DNA from: an uncultured Chloroflexia bacterium
GTDB lineage: Bacteria > Chloroflexota > Chloroflexia > Thermomicrobiales > UBA6265
Direction of reading: 5' to 3'
Assembly: GCA_963750275.1 (NCBI GenBank)
Contig: CAVVQC010000005.1
Location: 417,258-481,257, forward strand
Length of the DNA: 64,000 nt
Shown: in pieces, positions 18,304 through 27,947 of the stretch
Layout: each line of letters opens with the position of its first letter
Position numbering within the stretch: position 1 is the stretch's first letter
Notes under the pieces: generated by a model
The model's database searches: none
What the model was told of the DNA's origin: nothing
The model's input: only the letters and a program-made list of their open reading frames with translations
Made by a program: the position numbers and the translations under genes

Positions 18304-19958
18304 TCAGCCGCACCTCGTTGCGGTTCGGCCCGCGACCGGTTTAGCAGCACGATGGCAGGCACCACCGAGACCAATATCAAGATCATCGCCGGGGCCGCAG
18401 CCCGGCCAAACGCGCTGGTATTGGACGCCGTCCAAACTTCGGTCGACAGCGTTTCCATACCAGTGGGTCGCAACAACAAGGTCATCGGAAGCTCTTTGAC
18501 CACCGTCAGGAAAATCAGCAATGCGCCCGCTCCGATACCCGGGAAGGCGAGCGGTATCGTGACGCGGCGCAATGTGCCACGGGATGTCTCCCCGAGACCG
18601 CGTGAGGCATCCTCCAGCTTTGGATCGATTTGCAGCAACGACGAGCGAATAGCGCCCACCGCTTGTGGAATGAACCGCACCAGATAGGCGACGAGCAGCA
18701 ACGGCACGGTTTGGTAAAAGCGCGGCAGGTAATTCGCTCCTATGAAAACGAAGGCAAGTCCGATGGCAAGACCGGGCAGTCCATACCCAACATAGGTTAG
18801 CCGCTCGATCGCCAGTGAGAAGCGACTTCGGTATCGAACTGCCAGCACCGCAACGGGAAGCGCCAGCGCGGTAGCCAGCAGGGCGCCCAAGCCGCCCAGC
18901 ATGATGGTGTTCCAGGTCGCGCTTCTCAGCTGGCCGAAATCGTCTCCCCGCCGCCAGGCTCGTACCAACCAATCGCTCAGGACCGCAATCGGCAAAACGA
19001 GCGACAGGCCGAGGACGAGTAACACATAACCCAGCGCCGGATATCGCCACCAGCCAAGATCCAGCTTGCGCGGCTTCCGGCCCACCCCGGAGCCAAGGCG
19101 AGCCTGCCGGGCGCTTCCCCGCAGTTTCATCTCCGCAAAGAGTAACGACAGCGCGAAAACGATCAGCACCAGCGAGAGCGCGGCCGCATATGAACGGTCG
19201 AACGAGGCGCGATATTGCACATAGATCGCGCGGGTGAGCGAGTCGTACCGCAGTAGGGTGACGACGCCAAAGTCGCTAACGGTATAGAGCGCTGAAAGGA
19301 GCATTCCCGCCAGGATCGATGGCCGGAGCATCGGCAAGGTGATCGTGAAGAATGTCGGCAGCGCGCCGCGTCCGAGCCCACGGGCGGCATCCTCGATGGA
19401 CGGATCGAGTCCAGCGAGCGTGGCACTGACATTGAGATAGACGTAGGGATAGGTGAACAGTGAAAGGATCAACCAGGCGCCGAAAAACCCATAGATGGAC
19501 GGGATCGATTCCAGGCCGAACCAGCGTTGCAACCAACGCTGCAAATCCCCCCGCGGACCCAGCGCGGCCACGTAGGCGATGGCCCCGACATAGGAGGGAA
19601 TCACCAGCGGCAAGATCGAAACCGCTGCAAAGATCCGTCTCCCGGGCAGATCGGCACGCAAGGTGAGCCACGCCAACGGGACCGCAATAAAAGCCGCCGT
19701 GACCGAGACCGCGCCCGCCAGCAAGGCAGTGTCGATAACCAGATCGAGGGTGCGCCGCCGGAAGACAAGCCGCAATACGCCGTCGTCTGCTTGAGCGGCC
19801 CGAAAGACCAGGTAGACCAGGGGGAGCACAACAAGCGCCGCCACCAGAAGTGACGGCGCCAGGAGCTCTATCGGCATGGAGCGGACCGATCGTCGGCGGA
19901 AGCGAGCGGAGGCGCCCGCACCCGCCGAAACAGGTTGCCCAATGGGAGTATTGGGCAC
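18300..19958 (-). CDS. iron(III) ABC transporter permease (fused two-domain, FbpB type)
   Basis: It is about 550 aa with two permease halves, each carrying an EAA-like loop (EDAARGLGRGALPTFFTITLP and EDASRGLGETSRGTLRRVTIP). Confidence 0.85.
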   Translation of the reverse strand: MPNTPIGQPVSAGAGASARFRRRSVRSMPIELLAPSLLVAALVVLPLVYLVFRAAQADDGVLRLVFRRRTLDLVIDTALLAGAVSVTAAFIAVPLAWLTLRADLPGRRIFAAVSILPLVIPSYVGAIAYVAALGPRGDLQRWLQRWFGLESIPSIYGFFGAWLILSLFTYPYVYLNVSATLAGLDPSIEDAARGLGRGALPTFFTITLPMLRPSILAGMLLSALYTVSDFGVVTLLRYDSLTRAIYVQYRASFDRSYAAALSLVLIVFALSLLFAEMKLRGSARQARLGSGVGRKPRKLDLGWWRYPALGYVLLVLGLSLVLPIAVLSDWLVRAWRRGDDFGQLRSATWNTIMLGGLGALLATALALPVAVLAVRYRSRFSLAIERLTYVGYGLPGLAIGLAFVFIGANYLPRFYQTVPLLLVAYLVRFIPQAVGAIRSSLLQIDPKLEDASRGLGETSRGTLRRVTIPLAFPGIGAGALLIFLTVVKELPMTLLLRPTGMETLSTEVWTASNTSAFGRAAAPAMILILVSVVPAIVLLNRSRAEPQRGAAE

Positions 19959-19984
19959 GGTGTTCCTTTACTAAAACGCGATTA

Positions 19985-21079
19985 CTAGACGAGACCCACC
20001 TCGGCCAGTAGCGTGAGCGTACCCTCCAGGTCGGACAGGTTGCTCAGGTCGATATCGGGCGAATCGAGATCTGCGAGCTGTGGCAGTCCCGGAGCGGTCG
20101 GCACGCCGGCCAGCATGGGATATTCGAACGTGTTCTCAGCAAAATAGGTCTGCGCTTCCTCACCCAACAGGTAATTCGCCAGCGCAACGGCACCCTCGGA
20201 GTTCTCTGCGGTATTCAGGATGCCAAGACCGGAGATATTGACCAACGATCCAATGTTGCCATCTTGGAAGAAATGGTTGGCCACCGGCAGCTCAGTGCCT
20301 TCCTCAGCCGCGATCTCGTAAATGTAATAGTTGTTGACCAATCCGGTCGCAATCTCGCCGGCCGCTACCGCGCGTACGATATCGCCATTGCTTTCGAAAA
20401 CGACCGCGCCGTTATCGATCATCCCTTGCAACCACGCGCGCGTCTCATCTTCACCGTAGGTGATACGCATAGCGGTCACGAAGGCCTGGAACGAGCCATT
20501 CGTGGGTGCCCAACCCACGTTGCCACTCCACGCATCGCCTGTCAGTTCCTGCACCGTGGCCGGCAGATCGGCCTCGGTCAGCTCATCGGTGTTGTACACG
20601 AGAACGCGAGCGCGTCCGGTGATGCCAACCCACTCTCCCGTGGCGGAGCGAAAGCGCGGATCGACGATGTCGAGCGTTTCGGTTGGGAGCGGAGCAAAGA
20701 GGCCAGCTGCCTCGATTGCGCCGAGCGCTCCGGCGTCCTGTGCGTAATACACGTCGGCCGGGCTGTTCTTACCCTCTTCGAGAATGGCGGCTGCCATCTC
20801 GGCGGTGTTGCCATAGCGAGCTTCGACGGTGATCCCAGTCGACTCCGTGAACATCGCCAGCACAGGAGCGACAAGGTCCTCCGAGCGACCTGAGTAAACC
20901 GTGATGGATCCACTGGCAGGCGTCGCCCCGGGCGTGGCTTGCGCCAGGGCCCCAAGCCGTCCTACTGCAAGCGCTCCAGCGCCCGCTCCCGCAGCCACCA
21001 GGAGGCGCCGCCGGTCGAGCGCAATTCCTGCCGCTCGGGTCTTACTGCCGTTCGTTGGCCGATCTGTCAACGTCCCCAT
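19985..21079 (-). CDS. Fe(III) ABC transporter substrate-binding protein with Tat signal
   Basis: DRRRLLVAAGAGAGALAV is a Tat motif. SITVYSGRSEDLV...YYAQDAG resembles the FbpA/AfuA family. Confidence 0.8.
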   Translation of the reverse strand: MGTLTDRPTNGSKTRAAGIALDRRRLLVAAGAGAGALAVGRLGALAQATPGATPASGSITVYSGRSEDLVAPVLAMFTESTGITVEARYGNTAEMAAAILEEGKNSPADVYYAQDAGALGAIEAAGLFAPLPTETLDIVDPRFRSATGEWVGITGRARVLVYNTDELTEADLPATVQELTGDAWSGNVGWAPTNGSFQAFVTAMRITYGEDETRAWLQGMIDNGAVVFESNGDIVRAVAAGEIATGLVNNYYIYEIAAEEGTELPVANHFFQDGNIGSLVNISGLGILNTAENSEGAVALANYLLGEEAQTYFAENTFEYPMLAGVPTAPGLPQLADLDSPDIDLSNLSDLEGTLTLLAEVGLV

Positions 21080-21363
21080 CCTTACCCTGATAAAATTCCG
21101 ACTAAATTCGTCGGATTTAGCCTAGCAAGTCACGTTGCCGATCGTCAAGCGAATTGCTGGCCAATAGCCCGATCCCGGCCGGTAGGTCGCGGTGATGATT
21201 CCATTGGCGCTCGATTGCTCTTCAGCCTGGGACGAACATAGGGCCCGCGAAACGGCAGTCTGGGCCAGATCTCTCGGACACGGTGCGGGAAAAACACCGA
21301 TGCATCAACGAAGATAGTCAGCAAGGATCGAAAGGGAAGATCGTCAGGGAAACACAATTGCGA

Positions 21364-22092
21364 TTACGGTCGCGCATACACCTCGAGCGCTGCTGCAACA
21401 AGCTCGGCGTTGCTGGTGACGCGCTTGCTTCTCGGCCCAACCAGTGTGTCTTCGAACCCGATTCGGGTATCCCAGTTTCGCCGCCTGGCATCCCGTATTG
21501 CGAACCAGGCGAGCGGGCCATCGGTATGCTGCAAGCGGGGGTTCATTGCGCCGAGCCGGTCCAGGGCGACGTGAATCGCGTCGAAGCGTTCACGCGCGGC
21601 GGCCTCATCGGCCAGCTCGTCCCCCGCCGGTTCGATCAACAATCGGACCACTGCATTCGAAAAGATAAGCAGCGAGCGAGCAAAGATCTCGACTTCTTCT
21701 GGCCGGCCAATGCCGATTTCGACCCCAATTCCCGCCCCGATCAATGTCTGCATGACCATGACCGCGCCTTCTTCTGAGCAGTTTACCGAGGCATAGTCCG
21801 GTCCGTACCACGTTCGTATCATCGAAAGCCGCTTCTCGAAATCCGGTTCGATCCACGCACCAGTGGAAATCCCAACGGGTACGCGAGTGGCCTCCTTCAC
21901 CTGCCGGCAAACGGCATAGATCGTGAAGGGATCGAGCGTTTCCTGGCCATCTGAATCGCGCGGATGGATGTGCAGCTCCGATGCACCGGCAGCCACACAC
22001 GCCACGGCGTCTTGCACAAGCGAATCCGCGGTGCACGGAACTCCCACATGCTCATCGCAACGCCGCGAACCATTCAACGCCGCCTGGATCAT
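21364..22092 (-). CDS. BKACE-family enzyme (3-keto-5-aminohexanoate cleavage enzyme-like, DUF849)
   Basis: MIQAALNGSR...ELHIHPRDSDGQETLDP...GISTGAW is the typical DUF849/BKACE N-terminal pattern. Confidence 0.75.
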   Translation of the reverse strand: MIQAALNGSRRCDEHVGVPCTADSLVQDAVACVAAGASELHIHPRDSDGQETLDPFTIYAVCRQVKEATRVPVGISTGAWIEPDFEKRLSMIRTWYGPDYASVNCSEEGAVMVMQTLIGAGIGVEIGIGRPEEVEIFARSLLIFSNAVVRLLIEPAGDELADEAAARERFDAIHVALDRLGAMNPRLQHTDGPLAWFAIRDARRRNWDTRIGFEDTLVGPRSKRVTSNAELVAAALEVYARP

Positions 22093-22096
22093 CCAC

Positions 22097-23179
22097 TCAC
22101 CCTCGCAGCAATGCTTCCACCAGCGCGTCACCAACCGCTTTGGTCGTGGCAACACCGCCCAAATCGGGTGTCCGGGGACCGTTTTCGGTGGTCCACTCGA
22201 TAGCGCGCATAACCCGTACCGCCTCATCGCGCAGGCCAAGGTGCTCCAGCATCATGGCAACGCTCCAGACCGCCGCAATGGGGTTCGCAATTCCAAGCCC
22301 GGCGATGTCCGGCGCGGAGCCATGCACTGGCTCGAACATGCTGGGGTAGCGGCGTTCAGGATCGATATTGGCGCTGGCGGCAATGCCCAGGCTGCCGGCA
22401 ATTGCGCCGCCCAGGTCGGAAAGGATGTCACCGAACAGGTTCGATCCCACGATAACGTCGAACGTCTCGGGCCGGAGTACCAGCTTGGCGGCCATGGCAT
22501 CGACCAGAATCGATTCGGTCGCGATCTCGGGATAGTCGAGTGACACGCGGACAAAAATTTCGTCCCACAGAGTCATCGCGTACTGCTGGGCATTGCTCTT
22601 GGTAACACTGGTGACTTTCTTGCGAGCTCGCGTTTGGGCCAGCTCGAAGGCATAACGGATGATGCGCTCACAGCCATGCGAGGTGAACAGCGCCGACTGG
22701 ATGGCGACTTCGCGATCGACACCCCGCGCCGCCAGGTTTCTACCGCCCAGCCCGGCGTACTCACCCTCGGAGTTCTCTCGCACGACGACAAAGTCGATTG
22801 TTTCCGGTGTTCCATTGCGGAGTGGGCTTTCGATCCCGGGCAACAACACTCCCGGCCGCACGCAGGCGTACTGATCGAATCCCTGGCAGATCGCCAGGCG
22901 CAGCCCCCAGAGGGCGATATGATCCGGCACGTCTGGCCAACCCACCGCGCCGAAGTAGATGGCATCGAAGCTCCTGAGCTGGTCGAGACCGTCAGGCGCC
23001 ATCATGACCCCATTGGCGAGGTAGTACTCGCACCCCCAGGGAAACCACTCGAACTCAAAGGCAAGCCCGCCGTTGCTCGACTGCTGCAGTGCTTCGAGTA
23101 GTTGTAGTCCGACCGGCACCACTTCATTGCCGATCCCATCACCGGGAATAACCGCAATCCGAAATACTTGCTTACTCAT
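22097..23179 (-). CDS. tartrate dehydrogenase/decarboxylase (D-malate dehydrogenase), isocitrate/isopropylmalate dehydrogenase family
   Basis: The motifs IAVIPGDGIGNEVV, RENSEGEYAG and NLFGDILSDLGGAIAGSLG are present. The N-terminal context resembles TtuC-type enzymes. Confidence 0.8.
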   Translation of the reverse strand: MSKQVFRIAVIPGDGIGNEVVPVGLQLLEALQQSSNGGLAFEFEWFPWGCEYYLANGVMMAPDGLDQLRSFDAIYFGAVGWPDVPDHIALWGLRLAICQGFDQYACVRPGVLLPGIESPLRNGTPETIDFVVVRENSEGEYAGLGGRNLAARGVDREVAIQSALFTSHGCERIIRYAFELAQTRARKKVTSVTKSNAQQYAMTLWDEIFVRVSLDYPEIATESILVDAMAAKLVLRPETFDVIVGSNLFGDILSDLGGAIAGSLGIAASANIDPERRYPSMFEPVHGSAPDIAGLGIANPIAAVWSVAMMLEHLGLRDEAVRVMRAIEWTTENGPRTPDLGGVATTKAVGDALVEALLRG

Positions 23180-23678
23180 CGTTCCCCACCGATGGTCCAG
23201 CGGCCGGACCGATTGCTGCGACTGCGTCACCAACGCGAATCGTGCCGCCTTCTACGATTCGCGCTCGCAAACCTCCGGTACGCACGAGGGCTCGCATCAC
23301 CTTTTTGCCGGTCAGCTCTTCGAGATGCACGCAGGGAGGGCATGCGCGCACCCCCTCACAAACAACATCTCCGACAGTGAATGTCTGGCCGATCAGCGCA
23401 TCGAGCGCGATTCCGGTAGTGATCAAATTGCGACGCGATTCGACCGTCGAGAATGGAAGTCCGGTTTCTTCGATGACCTGAGCGATGGCGCCCGCATCGA
23501 TCAAGGTGAGCTCGCGGGCCCCCGCGGTGGTAGGAGTGTTCGAGTAGAACCCGACGCCAAGCGCGTACCGGTCGCCGGTAAGCCCTTTCCCGGGAAGCGC
23601 TTCGGCGGCTTGCTGGCCAATCATCGGCTCATTGGCCGCGCTGGTGGTAAAGATCTCCAGAACTGTGCCCGCGGTCAC
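23172..23678 (-). CDS. MOSC domain-containing protein
   Basis: GLTGDRY...SRRNLITTGIALDALIGQTFTVGDVVCEGVRACPPC is the MOSC pattern, including the conserved Cys. Confidence 0.75.
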   Translation of the reverse strand: MTAGTVLEIFTTSAANEPMIGQQAAEALPGKGLTGDRYALGVGFYSNTPTTAGARELTLIDAGAIAQVIEETGLPFSTVESRRNLITTGIALDALIGQTFTVGDVVCEGVRACPPCVHLEELTGKKVMRALVRTGGLRARIVEGGTIRVGDAVAAIGPAAGPSVGNDE

Positions 23679-23799
23679 GCTCCTCGTCCTTCCATTTGGA
23701 TGAAGCCTCCAATTGCGGTCATCGATTGATCGGTCTGCTCTTCAGGCTGCGAGTATGATCCATGCGGCATTCTCGCGAATTTCGTGAAACGTGACGCAT

Positions 23800-26526
23800 A
23801 TGGGTTCGAGCCGAACGATATCTGACGACATTTACTTCCTTGGCGACTTGCTCGGCGAGGTGATAACCGCCCAGGCGGGTATCGACAACTACAATCTCGA
23901 GGAAGCAGTTCGGTCGCTGGCAAAAGCGCACCGCGCGGGCGACCCCGAGGCCGGTGCCGAGCTTTCCGCGCTGGTTTCCGGATTGAGTATCGACGAGGCC
24001 GTCCTGCTCATTCGCGCCTTCACCAGCTATTTCCAGTTGATCAATCTCTCCGAGGATAACGAGCGGGTACGTCGTATCCGCCTTCGGGAAGCGGAAAGCT
24101 TTCCCGCACCGCGACGCGGATCGATCCGTGAGGCGATCCAGGTGCTCAAGGATCGCGGGATGAGCGCCGCAGATGTTGAGGCGTTGTTGCATCGCGCGCA
24201 GGTGCGCCTGGTCATGACCGCGCATCCAACCGAAGCGCGCCGCCGCACCATCCTGGAGAAGCAGGCACGGATCTTCCGCACGCTGCGAGAGTTGGACGAG
24301 CGTGAGCTCCTGCCGCGCGAGATCGAACGCGTGCGCGACCGGCTGGCCGCGACCGTGGCCGAGCTCTGGAGCAGTAGCGAAGTGCGCGCGGTGCGCATGA
24401 AAGTCAGTGATGAAATTCAGGCGAACCTGATCCACTTTCGCACCAGCCTCTACCACGTGGTGCCGGAGATTTACCGCGATCTCGAAGAAGCCGTCTCGGA
24501 TATCTATCCAGATCACTTCATCCCGGTTCCATCCTTTCTGACCTTCGGATCGTGGGTTGGCGGCGACCGGGATGGCAATCCGTTCGTCACGCCGGCGGCC
24601 ACCCGGGAAGCGCTGGTGATGATGCGCGACTCCTGCCTGACGTCGCTCGACGAACGCTTCGGGCAGGTAGCCGGACGTATCTCGGTGTCGACCATGATTG
24701 CCGGAGAGTTCCCGGAGCTGGACGAGCGGCTGGAACAGAACCGGGCGCGTTTCCCCGAGGTCGCAGCACGGCTGATGGCTGAGAACGTCGACGAACCGTT
24801 TCGCCAGCTGCTCACGCTCATGCGCGAGCGGGTGCGCGCCACCCGATTCGAATTGGCCGGCGCCTATCACAGCCCCAGCGAGTTGCTGGACGATTTACGT
24901 CTGATCGAGCGAACGTTGCTCGATCGCGGCGAAGCCCTCATCACCGGCGGTGACCTGCATGATCTGATCCGCCAGGTAGAGGTCTTCGGGTTCCACTATG
25001 CCCGGCTCGACATTCGCGACCATTCCCGTCGACACGAAAAAACGATCGACGAATCGTTCCGGCTGACCGGCATCGCGGAGGACTACAGCGCGCTTCCCGA
25101 AGATGAGCGCGTTCGAATCCTGGCCAGTGAGATCGAGAGCCTTCGTCCGATTGTTCCGCTCGACCTGCGCCAGTATTCCGACGAGGCTGCCGAGGTCATC
25201 GAAACCTTTCGCGTGATCAAGGAGGTCATGGACGGCAATCATCAGGATGCGATCGGCACGTACGTCATCTCTGCCGGCGAATCCGCATCCGATGTGCTCG
25301 AAGTGCTCCTGCTCATGAAGGAAGCCGGTCTGGCTGGCCCGGGAGGCAAGAACGCGCGCCTCGGCATTGCGCCATTGTTCGAGCAAGGAGAGTCGCTCGC
25401 GGCCTCGGAAGGGGTCATGCGCCAGCTTTTGATGGAGCCGGTCTATCGCAATGCGCTTGCCGCCCAGGGCAACGCCCAGGAGGTCATGGTCGGCTACTCC
25501 GACTCCAATAAGGAGTTGGGGTATCTCGCATCGTCTTGGGCGCTCTACGAAGCGCAGATCAAGCTGAAGAATCTCTTTCTCGCCTTCGGCGTCGACTTCA
25601 CCTTTTTTCATGGACGCGGCGGTTCGGTCGGTCGCGGTGGCGGTCCTTCCAATGTCGCCATTCTGGCGCAGCCGGCCGATACGGTGCGCGGCCGAATCAA
25701 GATGACCGAGCAAGGCGAGGTCGTGGCCGGACGCTACGGGTTACGCGAGGTGGCGCATCGCGAGCTCGAGTTGGTCACTGGGGCGGTGCTCGTCTCGATG
25801 GTCGGTCTTCTCCACTCCCCCTCGCCAGACCAGCTTTCCCGCTATGAGCAGGCGATGGCGACCATAGCGGCGCACTCCACCGAGGTCTATCAAGCACTGG
25901 TTTACGGCGATGAAGGTTTTGTCTCGTTCTTCGAGCAGATGACCCCGATTCGCGAGATCAGCGAGCTCAAACTCGGGTCACGACCGGCGAGACGCACGAC
26001 CTCGCACCGCATCGAAGACTTGCGCGCGATTCCCTGGGTTTTCTCATGGACGCAGGCGCGTATTCTGTTGCCCGGCTGGTTCGGACTCGGGTCGGCACTG
26101 GCAGCCGCACGCGACGCGAACGGGCTCGCTTTCCTGCAGGAAATGGAAGCGAGCTGGCCGTACTTCGCCGCGGTCCTGTCGAATGCCGAGATGGCGCTGG
26201 CCAAAGCCGATATGCGCGTCGCCGCGCTCTACCTCGACCTGGTGGAACCTCCAGAGCTGCGCGATCGTGTCTGGTCCGCCATTACCGAGGAATTCGATCG
26301 GACCGTCTCGCTGTTGCTCGAAGTCACCAGGCAAACGGCACTGCTCGATCGCGATCCTGTACTGCAAAAATCGATCGAACGGAGAAATCCGTATGTCGAT
26401 CCACTCTCCTTCATTCAAGTCGAATTACTCCGGAGATTCCGGGAAAGCGGGGATATTGACGACTTCCTGAGGCCCGTACTCCTCAGTATCAACGGCATCG
26501 CCGGCGCGCTAAAAAATACCGGGTAG
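23800..26526 (+). CDS. ppc: phosphoenolpyruvate carboxylase
   Basis: It has VMTAHPTEARRRT, FHGRGGSVGRGGGP and the C-terminal INGIAGALKNTG. The start is either the ATG at 23800 or the GTG at 23791. Confidence 0.92.
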   Translation: MGSSRTISDDIYFLGDLLGEVITAQAGIDNYNLEEAVRSLAKAHRAGDPEAGAELSALVSGLSIDEAVLLIRAFTSYFQLINLSEDNERVRRIRLREAESFPAPRRGSIREAIQVLKDRGMSAADVEALLHRAQVRLVMTAHPTEARRRTILEKQARIFRTLRELDERELLPREIERVRDRLAATVAELWSSSEVRAVRMKVSDEIQANLIHFRTSLYHVVPEIYRDLEEAVSDIYPDHFIPVPSFLTFGSWVGGDRDGNPFVTPAATREALVMMRDSCLTSLDERFGQVAGRISVSTMIAGEFPELDERLEQNRARFPEVAARLMAENVDEPFRQLLTLMRERVRATRFELAGAYHSPSELLDDLRLIERTLLDRGEALITGGDLHDLIRQVEVFGFHYARLDIRDHSRRHEKTIDESFRLTGIAEDYSALPEDERVRILASEIESLRPIVPLDLRQYSDEAAEVIETFRVIKEVMDGNHQDAIGTYVISAGESASDVLEVLLLMKEAGLAGPGGKNARLGIAPLFEQGESLAASEGVMRQLLMEPVYRNALAAQGNAQEVMVGYSDSNKELGYLASSWALYEAQIKLKNLFLAFGVDFTFFHGRGGSVGRGGGPSNVAILAQPADTVRGRIKMTEQGEVVAGRYGLREVAHRELELVTGAVLVSMVGLLHSPSPDQLSRYEQAMATIAAHSTEVYQALVYGDEGFVSFFEQMTPIREISELKLGSRPARRTTSHRIEDLRAIPWVFSWTQARILLPGWFGLGSALAAARDANGLAFLQEMEASWPYFAAVLSNAEMALAKADMRVAALYLDLVEPPELRDRVWSAITEEFDRTVSLLLEVTRQTALLDRDPVLQKSIERRNPYVDPLSFIQVELLRRFRESGDIDDFLRPVLLSINGIAGALKNTG

Positions 26527-26568
26527 CAATTTCGGCACGATTGGACCCGTCCGTACACCCAAGAAACC

Positions 26569-26597
26569 TTTTAACCCCCAAGCTCGCTGTGTAGAAT
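26569..26597 (+). promoter_or_regulatory. candidate sigma70-type promoter for the SH3b/L,D-transpeptidase gene
   Basis: TTTTAA (26569-74) is separated by 17 nt from TAGAAT (26592-97), about 65 nt upstream of the TTG start at 26663. Confidence 0.3.
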
Positions 26598-26794
26598 GGG
26601 GATTGGGGAAACTGTGCTCTATCTTGGGATTCGTCGATTGGGGTCGACGGGAAGGGTTTACATTGAAACGATTAGCCTCTCTGGTGCTCTTGCTGTCCTT
26701 ATTGGCAGCACTTGCGCTTCCTGCTATCCAACCTACCTATAGCGCATTAGCCCAGGCTGACGGTTCGGTCGTCAGTGAGCAAGAGGCTGAGGAA

Positions 26795-26896
26795 CCACCC
26801 GCTCCGACGGATATTCCGCCGACCGAAACACCGATCCCAACTGATGTTCCGGCACCGACCGATGTCCCGGCGCCGACCGATGTTCCAATTCCAACG
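26795..26896 (+). repeat. in-frame tandem repeat encoding a (A/I)PTD(V/I)P linker
   Basis: PPAPTDIPPTETPIPTDVPAPTDVPAPTDVPIPT shows an 18-nt periodicity visible in the DNA (ccgaccgatgt[c/t]cc). Confidence 0.8.
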
Positions 26897-27262
26897 GCGA
26901 CTAATACGGAGCCCGCCCCCTCGGCGGAGCCGTCCGTAACAACCGCTCCATCCGCTACGGATGAGCCAGTCTTTCCAGCTGAAACGGCATCGCCGTCGTC
27001 TACCAACTCCCCCTCGGCCACCCCATACAAGAACTTGCAGGTCGGCGACCGATTCGTTACGACTGCCCGGGTGAATTGCCGCGTCGACACCAGCCTTGCG
27101 TCCCAAGTTCTGACCGTGGTCGCCAACGGTGAATCCGGTGTCGTGATCGAAACGTCCCAGCGCATCGGCTCGTACGATTGGATCAAAGTTCAGCTTTTCG
27201 ACGCGCAAACCACCCAATGTTATCTGGCCGCCCAATATGTGAGTCTGGCCGAAGCTGGTTAC

Positions 27263-27457
27263 GGAATTCCGGCGACCATTACCCCCACCGCGACCATTAC
27301 ATCCACGGCGACGGCTTCCAACACGTCGACGGCAACCAATACCTCGACCGCGACGGCGACCGCCACGATCACGTTGACGGCGACGGTGACACGGACAGCA
27401 ACGATCACCAATACGCCGACGTCGACCAGTACCGCGTCCACTACACCGATCGCAACG
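27263..27457 (+). repeat. low-complexity Thr/Ala/Ser-rich linker repeat
   Basis: The encoded sequence is ITPTATITSTATASNTSTATNTSTATATATITLTATVTRTATITNTPTSTSTASTTP. Confidence 0.75.
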
Positions 27458-27698
27458 CCGTACAAGAATCTCCATGTCGGTGATCAGATCATCACGACTA
27501 CCCGGGTGAACTGTCGACTTGACGCGACGACCTCGAGCTCTGTCCTCACCGTCGTTTCCTAGTGGCAGCACGGCTGTTGTCATCGAATCCCCCTCAAACG
27601 ACGGAAGATACGACTGGATTAGGATCCAGTTGCCTGACGCTGCAACCACGCAGTGCTATCTGGCTGCCCAATATGTGTCGCTCTCCTCGCCGGGCCAT

Positions 27699-27947
27699 GG
27701 CATCCCGCCGACGATCACCCCGACTCCATCGATCACCCAAACGCTGACCCCGTCGAATACGCCAACGGCAAGCAACACGCCAACCGAGACCCTGACCCCG
27801 ACCATCACCTTGACGCCAACGGAAACGCTGACGCCAACCGTGACACTGACGCCGACGATTACCAATACCCCGACGGAAACGCTGACGCCCACGGTCACCA
27901 ACACTCCGACCCAGACACTGGTCGCCACGCTGACACCGACACCAAGT
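27699..27947 (+). repeat. imperfect tandem repeat encoding a T(L/N)TPT-type linker
   Basis: The encoded sequence is TLTPTITLTPTETLTPTVTLTPTITNTPTETLTPTVTNTPTQTL. The unit ACGGAAACGCTGACGCC recurs in the DNA. Confidence 0.8.

Noticed and set aside
21100-21130. DtxR/IdeR- or Fur-like iron box upstream of the Fe(III) ABC operon (TTTAGCCTAGCAA).
   Set aside because: Only the central ~8 of 19 positions match the IdeR consensus and the flanks do not. There is no convincing Fur-box dyad either. A small hairpin (TCCGAC...GTCGGA) is present, but it has no known meaning.
27555-27562. Possible programmed +1 ribosomal frameshift (UCC UAG U) in the L,D-transpeptidase gene.
   Set aside because: No Shine-Dalgarno-like stimulator is present upstream, and the P-site codon cannot re-pair well. 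Two other genes in the window show plain homopolymer indels with no stop at the shift site, so an indel or assembly error is the simpler explanation.
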